Shown piece by piece: positions 35,262 through 48,000 of a stretch of DNA of 64,000 nt (positions within the stretch are counted from its first letter, which is position 1; every line of letters starts with the position of its first letter). Position numbers and translations under genes: made by a program. The notes beneath the pieces are model-generated. The model saw only the letters and a list, made by a program, of their open reading frames with translations, was not told the DNA's origin and ran no database searches. Source of the DNA: Penicillus capitatus (taxonomy: Eukaryota > Plantae > Chlorophyta). The stretch covers positions 507,170 through 571,169 of the forward strand of contig OZ287702.1 of the NCBI GenBank assembly GCA_965649825.1, read 5' to 3'.

Positions 35262-35634
35262 AATAGCTCGCGATTTTGGAGTGTAGATTTCGGTATTCTT
35301 TTGGTGTGAACACAGGACGAACGACCTGAAAGGCGATGAAAGAAGAAAGAAATGTGTAAGAAACAGCGATGTTTTTGTAAGATCGTCCTTCGTCGCTCAC
35401 CTCTCCGACGTCGTCAACAACGTCAGCCTCGACCACCTGTTCATCCCGAGAGGAGCGTCTAGTGCCAGGGTATGTGTGGTGATCGTGGAAGGCAAGCAGA
35501 TGTATGAGCTCATATGAGAACCAGTAGAGCAGGGAAACGTCCCATCACTCGGCTGCATGTATGTATGTGCGCATAAACGTGGCTGTCGATGATCGCATTA
35601 AAGAACCGAAGAGCGGAAGGGGCTTAACTGGCAG

Positions 35635-37405
35635 ATGGCCACTGCGGTCTTTTTCTCGGGAAGCGTCCCAGACGCGATATCTCTTTCGCATCAGCAGAAA
35701 AGACCTCTCATCATCTTTTTGAAAGGTCGTTGCCAAAATCTTCTCTTTCTGCCAATACCATTCAACAGGAAGCTGCGATAACAGCCTTGAAATCGAAAAC
35801 GCTTTTCGCAGCGAAGCGTTTTCCCCAGTCGTGGCGCGTTGTTTGGTGCTGTTGCTCGAAGATGACTTGGGAAATACGGAAGACATCAAGTATAACAATG
35901 CCCGTCTCTTTCGGCAACTCTTTCCTGTCAATCAACTCCCTGCCGTACTCGCCTGCCCAATCCTCTTCTCTACTGACTGACTCTGAAAACAGGTATTCTT
36001 ATTGGGAGTCAATGGAGTGGCATTGGTCTCAGTGGAAGGGTCCATTTCGGCAGAGGAGCTACTCACTCGACTAGAGAATGGACTCCGTGCTTATGATGAG
36101 CAGGTTTGATCGAATCTAAATCATGACGGTGTGATGGCTGTGACGCAGACGACTGAGAACACATCACGTCAGGCAGCGACAGAGGCTCCTGTTGAGCAGA
36201 CGCCTCCTGCTTCCCAGAATCCCGCCACGCCTCCTGCTTCCCAGAATCCCGCCACGCCTCCTGCTTCCCAGAATCCCGCCACGCCTCCTGCTTCCCAGAA
36301 TCCCGCCACGCCTCCTGCTTCCCAGAATCCCGCCACGCCTCCTGCTTCCCAGAGTGTTCGGACAGCGACATCGATGGATTCCCGGCCAGTGCAGACAGCA
36401 TCGACGCCACCAGTTTTGATCTAGAGCACGAACAGGGCATTTTTGTACCGAGTGAGCGACCTTTTAGGAACAGCCACGAGTGGTGAAGAAAAAGAAGAAG
36501 AAACAAGAGCCGCCTCCGCCGCCACCTGTTTACACAACCGCCATTTTGCGTATACGGTTGACAAATGACGATGTGCTGGAGTAAGGAGGCATCTTTCATT
36601 TGGCTCTCTACTCGACAGTTAATCTCCTGCAGGCAGGAGTTTCCAGCAGATGCCACTCTCAGAGAGGTTTGCAGTCATGTGGATGTTCATCGGACAGATG
36701 GTGGAGCACCTTATGTACTGGAGATGATGTATCCACGACAATCACTCGGAGAAAACGCCTACAGCCGAACGCTTAAACAGTTGGACCTGGTTCCTCGCTC
36801 TACTGTCCGACTCATGGTACATCCCATCCACCGACAATGCATTTAAATGACAGATCGTTTCGATCAGCCGTTGAGTTCAGGCGGCGGCCAAGGAAGTGAA
36901 GTCGCAGGCTCAAGTGGAGAAGCAGGGCTGATGTCGATGGTTTACAATGGAATCGGTTCAGCTTACAGTTACATCAGTTCCTTCTCCTTCTTCTCCGTGC
37001 CAGACGACAACACTCCAGGCGAAAACCAACGTACGCATATGTCTATCATCCCTGTCTCTTGATGTATCATCCATCCATTGTCCAGCAGCGTCGAGGGAAA
37101 CGTCACATCAAGGCGCAGCAGAGACGATCCCATCTCAACAAGACTCGCGAACAGGTGTCGCCATAGATCGACATGAATTTTCATGCCAGTATCGAGTTGT
37201 AGTGCGTCGTCGATCTGGATGGGGTGGCAATGTGCATGGTTTGCATGATGGTGATGATAGCGATGATCGCAATCGGTCATCGAATGCTTTCTGGTAAAGA
37301 GACATCTTAATCGTCTCCGTTACAACACGAGTGTTTATTCGCAGGAATGGAAACTCCACACAATTCGGTGGAGGAGGAGAAGGAGGAAATGCGCACGAGG
37401 ACTGA
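35635..37405 (+). CDS. UBX-domain protein, PUX11/UBXN4-like, multi-exon
   Basis: Thioredoxin-like N-terminus (FFSGSVPDAI...LFPVNQLP...EGSISAEELLTRL), UBX domain (QEFPADATLREV...MMYPRQ...LDLVPRSTV), and C-terminal FWNGNSTQF. Confidence 0.85.
36201..36353 (+). repeat. 27-bp coding minisatellite, 5 full copies plus a partial (PPASQNPAT)n
   Basis: Perfect CGCCTCCTGCTTCCCAGAATCCCGCCA repeats inside the UBX gene linker. Confidence 0.97.
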
Positions 37406-37622
37406 CGGAAATCTTGATCTCCGCCACAAACCACAGTTACACCGTAAAGCTCACAAACAACTTTAATACCGTTACGAACCTCGCCATCGCGCAATCATAC
37501 GTGTGAGACGTTCACAGCTTCGTGGAAAAAAACGGGGAAAACCAAAATGATGTACGCATTGTGTCGGACTGATTAATCGAAGCAGGGCGAAACCAAAGAA
37601 GAACGAACGAACGCTGTACATC

Positions 37623-38698
37623 TCATTTCTGTTCAGGCATCGCTGTTGTCGATGAATCCCCGGTGTTGTGGGTCACGCTCTCTGTGGATTCGCTCTCGGT
37701 AAAAGCGCTGGATCCCTGGGCGACCGAGGAAGGCGCTTCGTTGATCTTTTCTTTATTGGGGAGGGATGTGCCGTTGCGTTTATCGGTTTGGTTCTGGACG
37801 AGTTGCAAACGGTACTTTTGCAAGTGACTGGCCACATTCTCGCGCGTCAATCCTTCGACGCCCATCAGCTAGACAGAGCAGATATCCATAGAGGCAGATC
37901 CATCGCCGTTTGTGTTCGGCTTACTTCGAGTATGGCTTTCGGAACAGCTTTGTCGAGACCGAGTTTCTCAACAGCCTCCACGAATCGTTCATGGAGTTCT
38001 TTCGTCCACACGAGACGGGTTCGCTTGACAGGGATCGTCCTGTGGGTGGACGCAGAATCGGTCTCATTCTCACAATCCTTTCGTTTATTCTGGGGTTTGG
38101 ATGCCGAATCATCTCGACGACCTGCATCAACACAACACCATCGTCGATGCCTGAACACAACATCCGAAGCGACGCCATCATTACTGGACAGTGGATCGAT
38201 CACGTATGGTCGAACATGTTGATCGTGATAAAATGGTGGAGGGGGAAGACAACTCCCAGTGCGCAGGGCAGATAACAGCCTCGCGTATTCCATACTGGCC
38301 AACTGTAGCTGGATCATGTGATTAATGCCGACCACTCCGTCCGTGGAGAAAGATGGAGCCATGGCTTTGTTTGGCTCCGGAATGGTTTTGGGGAAAGGCG
38401 TCGAAAGCACATCGACCGTTTTTGGCTCCATAGAGTAGTGGCATCTCGGACAACAGCGTGGCTCCAGAGCTTCGCTCGTGAGGTACGGAAGCTTACGTGG
38501 CGTTGAAGCATGGGCCATATCTATCCAAGGAGTGCCGTCCACTCGACGCATTGCCGGTTCAGATGTGCTGTTGCTTGGCTGGTTGGTCTGTCTAGAAGTG
38601 GTATCGTTCGGAGGGCCACATCGGTTCTGCTCGTATTTTTCCATTAGTCGACGGTGCGTCGCCACCAAGCTCGCGAATTCTGCGCTCGAATCCATCAA
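37623..38698 (-). CDS. GARP (G2-like Myb, SHLQKYR class) transcription factor
   Basis: KRTRLVWTKELHERFVEAVEKLGLDKAVPKAILE, an intron, then LMGVEGLTRENVASHLQKYR. No receiver domain was seen. Confidence 0.93.
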
Positions 38699-40274
38699 GA
38701 GCTACTGCCTCTACTGATACCCAGAATCTACAACGCTGCACGAAGCTATACGCACAGACTATTAAAGGTACCCTAACCGTTCAGAGAAAAGGAAAGAAAC
38801 AAAGGAACCAATCAAGATGCACTCCTCAGCGGGGTGCGATCCACGACGGATAGCAATGAATGGCCTCGTTGCATCCACTGCCTCGAAACGCTGAGTATCT
38901 CTTCGATCGACCGCATGCTGCTTCTTAAGCAGCATCCTTCAAACAACACAAAACGTTGATATCGATGCCTGAAGTATTCTTATGTTTGCAAACTGGAATA
39001 CGAAAAAACCTAGGAGCGCCGCGCAAAGCGGATGGCGCGTTATCGACGAAAAACGTGGAAGATCATTAGGATGGCTCCATCCACCTGAACGTTATTGATG
39101 CGTCTTGAGTTGAACACGCGGTATGGCGTACGTGCAGTCTTCGTTGGACATGCCTCGTTAGTGATTCGTTTCCAGATGACGATGTTGATAACCTCTGGTC
39201 ATTGGATGCACAGGAGTGACTGACGCATGTCGTGACAGGTTATTTGTGCAAAAGCATAAAACGATTGTTCCTAAAAGAGACTCTGTCCTTCGAGTACTGC
39301 TTACGCGTAAGGATGCTCGAGGCATCTGCACAACTCAAGAATGGCATCGGTCAGTGACCCATCCATCCGACAGTACGATCTCCTGGCCAAAAGTGCTGTA
39401 TCATTCATTCGATTCCGTATTTGGCATTTTCCTCGATTCTCTTGTGGGTTGATTGCCCAGATCACGCGAAGTCCGTCGATTCATCGACAGCTGGTTTTCT
39501 TAGTCTTTTACGTCGTGCAGGACATCTGATGATGTTTGACTTATCGTATCGCTGCCTAGGACGATGTATTTTTGCAGGTATCTTCAAATGCAGCCGTCCA
39601 TTTTCTCTTGACATATACGCACCCGAATCTATTGTTTTCTGTCACCTACTGAGGCAGACCGTTCTTACTGCAGCTGACTTCAACATCAGGTGACGTTTTC
39701 CTCGATAAGCCTATTCTTTCCAAACAGGCAGTAAAGGAATTTCTCTTTGCCGTTGGAGCATTGCTTCAAGGCATGTGTCTATCGCCCAACGCTGAAAAGG
39801 CGGGCAGTGGACGATGGTTCTTCATATTCACCACACACTTCAGCATCCAACGAAGTACAACTTTCTATTCTTAACCGGGAAGATGTACCACCATCAACCG
39901 AATGCTGTTTTCTGCAGAAGCACGTTTGTCGACAAACGTAGCACTGCAATAATACTTGAACGGCGTCGGTCATTCGAGAACTCGTTCGCCTTGTTGACGT
40001 TTAGAACGAACCGATGCCCACTCGTTCTCAGTTTCAACTATAGAGCGATTTCTGATGGGTGGGCGAAATTCGGCGATGGCTTACGTAAGGACATGCATGG
40101 CCAGGTCAGCAAACGACGCATGCGAACGCAATGGAGCTCAGCTGTTAGCAGCTCCTCTGTCACCTGTCTAAGATACGAGTCCATTCGGCTTGATGCATTA
40201 TCGACCGTGTGCGAAACCGAACAGCTTAAGATGAGTTTGATTCGGCCAATCTCTTCTACTGCCATTCGATGAAC

Positions 40275-41246
40275 ATGGATGCGTCTCGCGTCCTGTACAT
40301 AAGTATAAATTCGCCATTCTGTTGGAAAGCACGTCTGGCCCTCGAAGAAAAGGGACTTAGCTACGAAAGCAAACCCCTGGAAATATACGAAAAGAGTAGA
40401 TCTTTCGGTAGCCCTGGATTGTAATCGCGCTGCTCGTGCAGAGGAACAGAAGAGCGCTGAAGTTCTCGCCATCAATCCACGAGGCCAAGTGCCGACGTTC
40501 AAAGATGGCGAAGCGATCGTCAATGACTCCCTCGGCATCTTGCTGTATCTCGAGTCTCACTATCGTGATAAGCCACTGATCCCTGAGGATCCAGTGACAA
40601 AAGCGCAAGTCTGTGATCACGCAAATATAAGATCTGATTGAACGAGGGACCAACTGTAAAAGGTGCTGCACGTTTGATCGAGATAAATGTTCTGGAAAAC
40701 AAACTACGTCCCTTTGTACTAATGAAGGTCTACATAACTGCTCTTGCCTTATCCCTAGCAGTTATTTATGTGTACTTCGGTATTCAGATGAGAGGAGCCG
40801 ACGACACTCAAGAAGAACAATACATTGCTGATTCCAAGGCAAGGTGCAACTAGGACCTCACTCACATTGAAGGGGCGAACATAGGATGAGCTGATGTTGT
40901 GGGACGGCTTTGTTGCGAATCAAGAGTACCTTGCTAGCGACACGTTCACTCTTGCAGGTACAGTGGTGCCGTTGCCAATGTAGATCGATCAGACGATCTG
41001 CTGTTTATGATGAGATGTATCGTTTGCACCGGTCATTCTCGTTCTGGAGAGGTATGGGATGACATTCACGAACCACCCAAACTTGAAGAGATACTGCGAA
41101 CTCGTGAAGGCGAGCCCCCAGAAAATCCTATTGCACTCATGAGCAGTTTAACGGCAATGTAGACGCGTCCATCAATTGTCAAGGCTGTGCTTTCTGCCTT
41201 GGAAGACAGTCCTTCGCAGTATGACTTCATGAAAGTCTTCGGGTAG
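40275..41246 (+). CDS. Glutathione S-transferase paralogue A (rho/theta-like), multi-exon
   Basis: SPFCWKARLALEEKGL, EVLAINPRGQVPTFKDGEAIVNDSLGILLYLE, YGMTFTNHPNL, ending QYDFMKVFG*. Confidence 0.9.
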
Positions 41247-42479
41247 TGAAGGATTTGATGGATGGACCTTGCTCTTGCCACTATGGCGATTCCTCGTTCA
41301 CGGAGAAACGTCTCGTAGGGCGTCTTTACCTTTCATTTACTGACTTTTCAATGGGATCTTTAATCACATGGTACTCATGTGTCAGTTTCGATTCTTGGCT
41401 GATGGTGAGAGATTTCGACACTCGGATCCTGTTGTAAGGCCCCAATTGATCATTGGTTATCATCGCACATCTAGAAATGCATCGACACGATAACCGCCGG
41501 AGGGCAAAGGGCGTCTCTTTTGATTCACGATCGATGCTTACTTTACGGTAGTGGCGCATCTGAGTTGTTCAATATCAAGTCTATTCTTAAGATATCCAGG
41601 AGCCCGCGGGAATTGTGCGACGATTTACCACAACGCATTCATTCGAGGTTTGAAGCAAGGACGCGAAGTATTCCGCGACAGATGACGATCCATGTTGTGC
41701 CGATTATTGCGTTCCAGGGAAAGATCTGTTAGGTGACTTCAAAACTCATGCGCATGCAGAGTGGGATTTTGTGGTTCTGGAGGTTTAAACAAAACGTATG
41801 CCCGATAGTTAGAACGAAAACGCTCGAGTAACGCTATTCAAAAGAGTGTGTTGCACTGGCTGCTTCCCAACAGGGCACCGCCCAAGCTTCTGTGGAGCTT
41901 GCCTATGTTTGAGAATTTGGCGATGTTGCTTGCATAGTCTGTGACAAAGCATTATAGTAAGAATTTCTATGCTGACAGGGAAAGTGTACGTACGTAGATC
42001 ACGATGCACCATCACGTGTGTCGTCGATTGATGAATTGAATTTACATCACAATTCTCGGTGGCCGCTGTGGTTTATCCAAGAACGGCAGAGTAACGAACA
42101 CTTTGACGACAAAGTAAATGTTCCAGGCCGTCATCGTACTGTGAGCATATCTACCTATTTCACCTCTGCTTTGCATAGCAATCTACTATAAGCATCGAGA
42201 GACCTTAAGTGGTCGACCGTGCTCTCGGTAAGATGGACTGAACGTTCGATGGTGAGACATGATGGGATTTGCTTGGGGACGCGACTTAAAAAACGAGGAA
42301 CGCTCGACACTGGACGGGTCACGTCGCTCCGCTGAGGTAGGAGGAGGAGACTGGATGTTGGTTTGTTCGTATAGACGCAGGACCTTGAGAGTCGTGGGTG
42401 ACGTGGGTAGGAAGCGGCGAAAGTCGAAGTATTCGACAGTACTGAAAACCGGGCCAAGTGTTGACTCTTCTTGCCTGCG

Positions 42480-43260
42480 CCACACTCAAGATGCAACCCT
42501 CCAAGCGCTACATGGAATCCGCCGAGTGAACGACTTTGCTAACAGGAAAGTTACAAGCACGTGGAGATGTGTCGGTGGACAATTTCCATGAGCAAGGAGA
42601 GGCCTTTGGTGGTCGATCGTTCTGGAGGCGCTATGTCTGAAAAGTTGCCGGACAGCCAAGCCGCGGCGGCACATCTCCTCGTGCCCTTCACTACTCGCCG
42701 AGAGAAGTCGCCTAATCGGTTTGCTTGCGGCCTGGCCAACATCACGCACTTCGAAGTTGTGATTGGGAACGAAGACTGCTTCGAGGATATTGTTTGCGCA
42801 TTGAAGTTGGTGATGGATATTCAGCGCCCGAGTATCGAAAGTTGGAAAAGATAGCTGCTTGTACCAACCGATTTTCTCGCCGGAATGACAAGTTTAAGAC
42901 AGCCAGAGGTGTCGGAAATGTGGGCGCGGATCCGACCATGTATCAACAAACATTGGCCACATTTCCAGAATTGACAAATCTTTGTTTAGACTTTCATCGC
43001 AAGTTCCCGGTCACTAACTCTCTTCACGCTCAGATTAATCTTCTTACAAACCTCAGGTCTTTGAATATTCGCCTTACTGAGTAAGCGGGACATGGAAGTC
43101 TGCTGGACAGTCTGTCGGGAGAGAACCTAAAAACTGCAAAGCTGAACGTATCAACTCCAAACTTGAACTTGGACGTCGTCGGCCCAGTTCGAGGGTCCGT
43201 GTCAGAGATGCAGATGTCTTATCGCCCGACCTATCTATCTGGAACGGTTGGGTCGACGCG
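42480..43260 (+). pseudogene. Degraded LRR-like gene remnant
   Basis: Frameshifted fragments GMTSLRQPEV and TLATFPELTNLCLDF...INLLTNLRSLNIRL, with internal stops. Confidence 0.4.
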
Positions 43261-45070
43261 CAAGTAAATACCCGGAAGCTTGTTTCCGATCCGATCCGAT
43301 CCGAGGTTCAAAATAACTCGAATCGTAGATAGTGCGCGATATCTAAATGATCGAAACGAGGCGGTCGTTCAGCCACAGATTGATCGATCTTTATGATGTC
43401 GCTTGTTATCACGCGGTTCGATGAAGCGCGACATGATAACTTCCGAAATCTGTGCTTTCGTGTTCTTCTTCTATTGATCGATTGATAGAAACTCCTAAGT
43501 ATTCTCTCTTTGATCGATCGTTTGTCGAACGCATGTTTTCGTTCGAACGAGATAAAAGAATTGCTTAAGTACCGCGCACAAATATCCTACGAAACTGATC
43601 ACAAAGAGACAACACGAAGTAAAGAGATGGGGGTAAAGATTGATTCGGAGGTCGGCCCTCGTCGTACGAGTCCTTAGGAGAACTGCACGACTTTAATAAC
43701 ACTAACTAATTGTTGTCTTCGACAAGGGTCCCGTCATGCTGTCTTGTTGTGAAATGGGTAATGACGCAAAAAGGCGCTGGTTTACTCATGCGAGGCCTTT
43801 TTCTATGGCTCTGAGAGGCTGGTGACTCACCTGCCTAGACAAATCTTGTCACACGATCGGCATATAAATTTGTGGATGTGGACCTCAAAAGAATTCTGCT
43901 TCGAGCTTGTAACGAGTTTTCCGTTGCATTGTTCGCTGCGCATCCCGTACCGCGACCACACTAATGTACTCGTACAAACATAAATCGCTTAAGTAAGCAG
44001 AATACCAATTCACATCGCTTCTAGAGTCTTCTCTGCCTTGCATGCAGGCCCTGACCACCACAGAAGATCCATCACATTAAAAATTCCAATCGAACTTCGC
44101 ATTCACCACTTTGGACTCCGTCTTAGGGCGACGAGGTATCGAAGCACTCTCCATCACCATTTAAACCCAACGATGATTCACAGCACGTGCGCCTGTGAGC
44201 CGTCTCGCCTGCAGGATGGGGGTCAATGTAACCGAGCGATCGGGCACCAACTTCGACGACTTCACACTGATCCCAATTCGCAATGCGAAAACGTTGACAG
44301 TCATCGCGCAAGACCATCGACGATGCGATTCACATACCCTCCCTGGATACCAAGCGACAAGAATGCGAGGAGTGAGAATGCTGCCAATCGCATCGCCACG
44401 GCGAAAGAGCATAAACGCGTATGATTGTCGCACTGAGAGTTGTTGGCACCGCGCTGAGGGATTCTGGCGCGAGGTGTTACTCAGATGGTAAAGACAGCAG
44501 CATCCGCGGTGGGTAATGGCTAAGCTTCACCGACTCCGCTAAAGACGGCAACGTTCCACGAGAAGCGTCACACGAACCTCAGATAGAGATCTCTGTTACA
44601 TGTTATACAGTAAAAACAATATATTAGTCCATCAACGATAGAGATAGTCTCACAAAATACGCATATCATTGACAGAATAAACAAGAACGAAAGTAAATCT
44701 GTAGTCACAAGTCGAAAAGGGAGTTCTCCGCGACCTCGATCCGAAGAACAACTGTTCTCTAGAGTGGATGTCATTTGAAGAGAAAGACAAAGACGGACGC
44801 GACGGATTCCGTCACTGTATGCAGGGTCATTCCCTGTAGTCGACTGATGCGCTTAGCATTCTCAGAACGGACAACCGTCATAGAGTTGAGCCTGTGCGCC
44901 TGCATCGAAGCAGTTTGCAGATTCTAACCCGCTTTTGGCGCGAGGCGGCCAAAGCTCTGTTGGGATTCTAGAGGTCGCTGAAGACGAAGACGACAGAGAC
45001 GTCGATCACTGAATTTTCGCACAGACGTCCGACAACCGATTCTCTCCTGTTTGACTAAGACGATTGCCTT

Positions 45071-48000
45071 AAACGACGTGGGCCTGTCTCGGCGTCTTGT
45101 CGATTTCGAGGCGAAGTATCGTCGTGTGTTGACAGGAAGGCCGTTCGGCAGCATCGAGAGGTCCCGTCATCGATCGGACGTGTCTAGATGACGGACGTCT
45201 TCGAGGTCCATGAGCATCATTATCCTTGCATTCGACCATCGGTTGACAAACGCTGACTTCGTCCTGTTCGAAGTTCGTTGGTTCGTTCGCACACGGCAAG
45301 TTTTCGGGCCATGCAGCGAATGTCTGTAGAATCGCTGCTCCATCTGACAGGGAGCGTTCTCTTAATCGCCTGTTCGACAGGAGCACAACAGAGTCCCGCA
45401 GGTAGTGATGCGATTCGCTTCGTTGCCGCCTTGGCGGACGATCCTTGCTATTTTCGTCACTTCTTTGATGATGGCTCGACGTTCGGCGGCCCGAATTCAA
45501 GAAGCTGCTGTCGTCGATTTCGTCACCAGTGCGACCTTCGTAGGTGACGGGTGCAAACTGCCGAAGAAGACCGTTGATGAGACCCATGACGACGCGACAC
45601 GGGCATGGCATGTCGACGATGCTTACTTCGAAGACCACGACTTGCAAGACGTCGTCGACTGCGCCTCCGACGGCGACACCATTCGGCTGAACGTCTCCAG
45701 ACCTGTCCAGCCGAAAAGACAGATCGAAATTTCAAAGCGTCTGGAAATCCGAGGACCCAGAGGCGACGAGGAGAAGTCCACGCGACATGCACGCGCGAAA
45801 CCAACTCTGACGTGTCCTCCTAATGACCCCCTCTTCGTCATCAGGTCGGTGACGGAGTGCTTCCATCGATGTCTTTTCAGATGTCTTCTATTTTTAGGGA
45901 TGTCGACGTCGTCTTGGAAGACGTCTCCATCCGGGGCTGCATCTTCACCGATCCGTTCTACAACCTCAGTGTCGTCGAGATCAGCTGCGATCGATCACGC
46001 GATGACGATATCGTATTGGAAATGCGCGGCGTCGACTTCAGCCACAACATGAATCCAGGCGGCATCGCAGGATTCCGTGCCCAAGATCCGTCATGTGTCA
46101 AAGTCAAGCTGCGCGACTTTGATTTTCACGGGAACACCTATTTCCTTGGTTCCATATTTGGCCACAAGAACGATCTTGAGAACATTGTTATCTCAGAGAA
46201 CACTCAGCGGCGTCAGTCTGTTGTTGGCGACAGAATTTCCTTTCACATGTCGCAGAAAATTTATATCCCTTCGAACGTCGGCCTACCCACCTGGTAATGC
46301 TTCCTTGCTTTGCAGACAGACGTGCGATTTGCTTTCGATCGTAGGACGAAAAGCTTTCCCGACGGCTACACCGAGATGCACGCTTTGGAGAACGCTGCCT
46401 TCCGATTCCCCGAAGCATCCACGAGCACTGTGAAAGATCTTGTCTCCGTCGACAACGCTGGCTACCCTGTGTCCGTCGACAGAGGTTCCCTGTCGATCAG
46501 CGGGAATTCAAGGTTTGCAAACAACACCGGCAATGCTGGCGCCGTCATCGTGGCCTCCGATAGCAAAGTCGTCGTGACAGGCGCTCAGTTTGAGTACAAT
46601 ATCTACTTTAATCCGGGTGGATGCCTGGATCTACGAAACGGATCCAGCGGTGAAATCAGCTCCACACGCTTCTTCAAGAACGCTGCCAGAGATGGCACCT
46701 GCATCCGTGCCACCTCCCCTGCGCATCTGGAGATCAGGGACTGTGTCTTTGAGCAGAATCACAATTTCGACAGAGGATGCATTTGGGTCAATGGTTCCAT
46801 CGATTCGACCTCCGCCGTCACGCTCTCTAACTGTGTCTTTGTTAACAATACAGCGCTGGCGGATGCTAGAGCAGGCATCGTCCGTGGTTCTGTGATGTTT
46901 GAGCGTTTTGACCATGGACATGTGTTGATAGAGTCAGCGAGTTTCGAGAGCCATGAATTCGGGAGCTGTAGCCACAAGGAGGACGATCATGTTGGCTTAA
47001 TCATCATGGCGAACACCCGTAATGTGTCATTCAAAGCCGACAGTTCATCTTTCATAAGGGCACCTATCATCGAGGGAGCGGGCCCTTTGGGAACTGCGTT
47101 TCGCTTTGTGGACACCACCGGGGTGCTGGAAATAGCGCGATCTCGTTTTGAGAATCTCGCTAGTTGTGCCCATGGCGGCAGCATTTTCTTGAGAAACAGT
47201 CGAAGCCATGACGCTCGCACGGTGCTGAACGTGACTGAAAGCAATTTCTCCTCTATCGTCGCATTCGGAGGCACAGTCTACGCGAAGGGACGGGAGATCG
47301 AGGTTGAAGTGAGAGGTAGTCGATTTGAGCGCAATTCCGCCCAAGCAGAGAACCCTTATCATAATCTGGCCGGCAATGTTCTGTTCGTAGAAGACATAAA
47401 GACACTCAAAATGACAAATTGTACTGCAATGCATAACTTCGTCAATAATCCAGAGGGAGTCCAACCAGCTTCCGGATCGGTTCACATACAGAGGACAGAC
47501 AGTGTGATGATAGAGGATAGCATATTCACTTCCAATTCAGTCGGAATAGGAAGAAGACAAACTGGGGGCGCCATCTATCTCTCCACCGGAGGGAAACAAG
47601 GAGAATTGGACGTGGTTAATTGCCGCTTTGAAGATAATGTTGCGTCCAGTGGCGGTGCCATCTATGTTAAAGGCCTTACACGACTTAACGTAAGAGACTG
47701 TGTCTTTCGAAACAACAGTGCTGCCGAATCTGGAGGAGCCATTCTTGCATCTGACTGCATGATGGCGACGTTTACGAAGATCAGCTTTGAAGCAAATGAG
47801 GCAAGACTCGGAGGAGCCTTGGCTTTCTGTGGTGATAAGGGTCCAACGGTCGAAGGAAGCTCTTTTGTGCGGAACAAAGCTCAGAAGGGAGGAGGCATTG
47901 CTTACGTGGATAACCATCCGCCGAGGTCACAGAATGTTGGACCCACATTCCAGCCACAGACCTCTTCGAGTAGATTTGTCGAGAACGAAGCGGCAATCGG

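Noticed and set aside
35242-35520. Possible small minus-strand gene between rtcB and the UBX gene
   Set aside because: One plausible intron is present, but no consistent start codon or homology.
1737-38698. Non-standard genetic code (TAA/TAG read as Gln, as in some ulvophytes)
   Set aside because: Conserved genes are free of internal TAA/TAG, and INO1 and the GSTs end on TAG.
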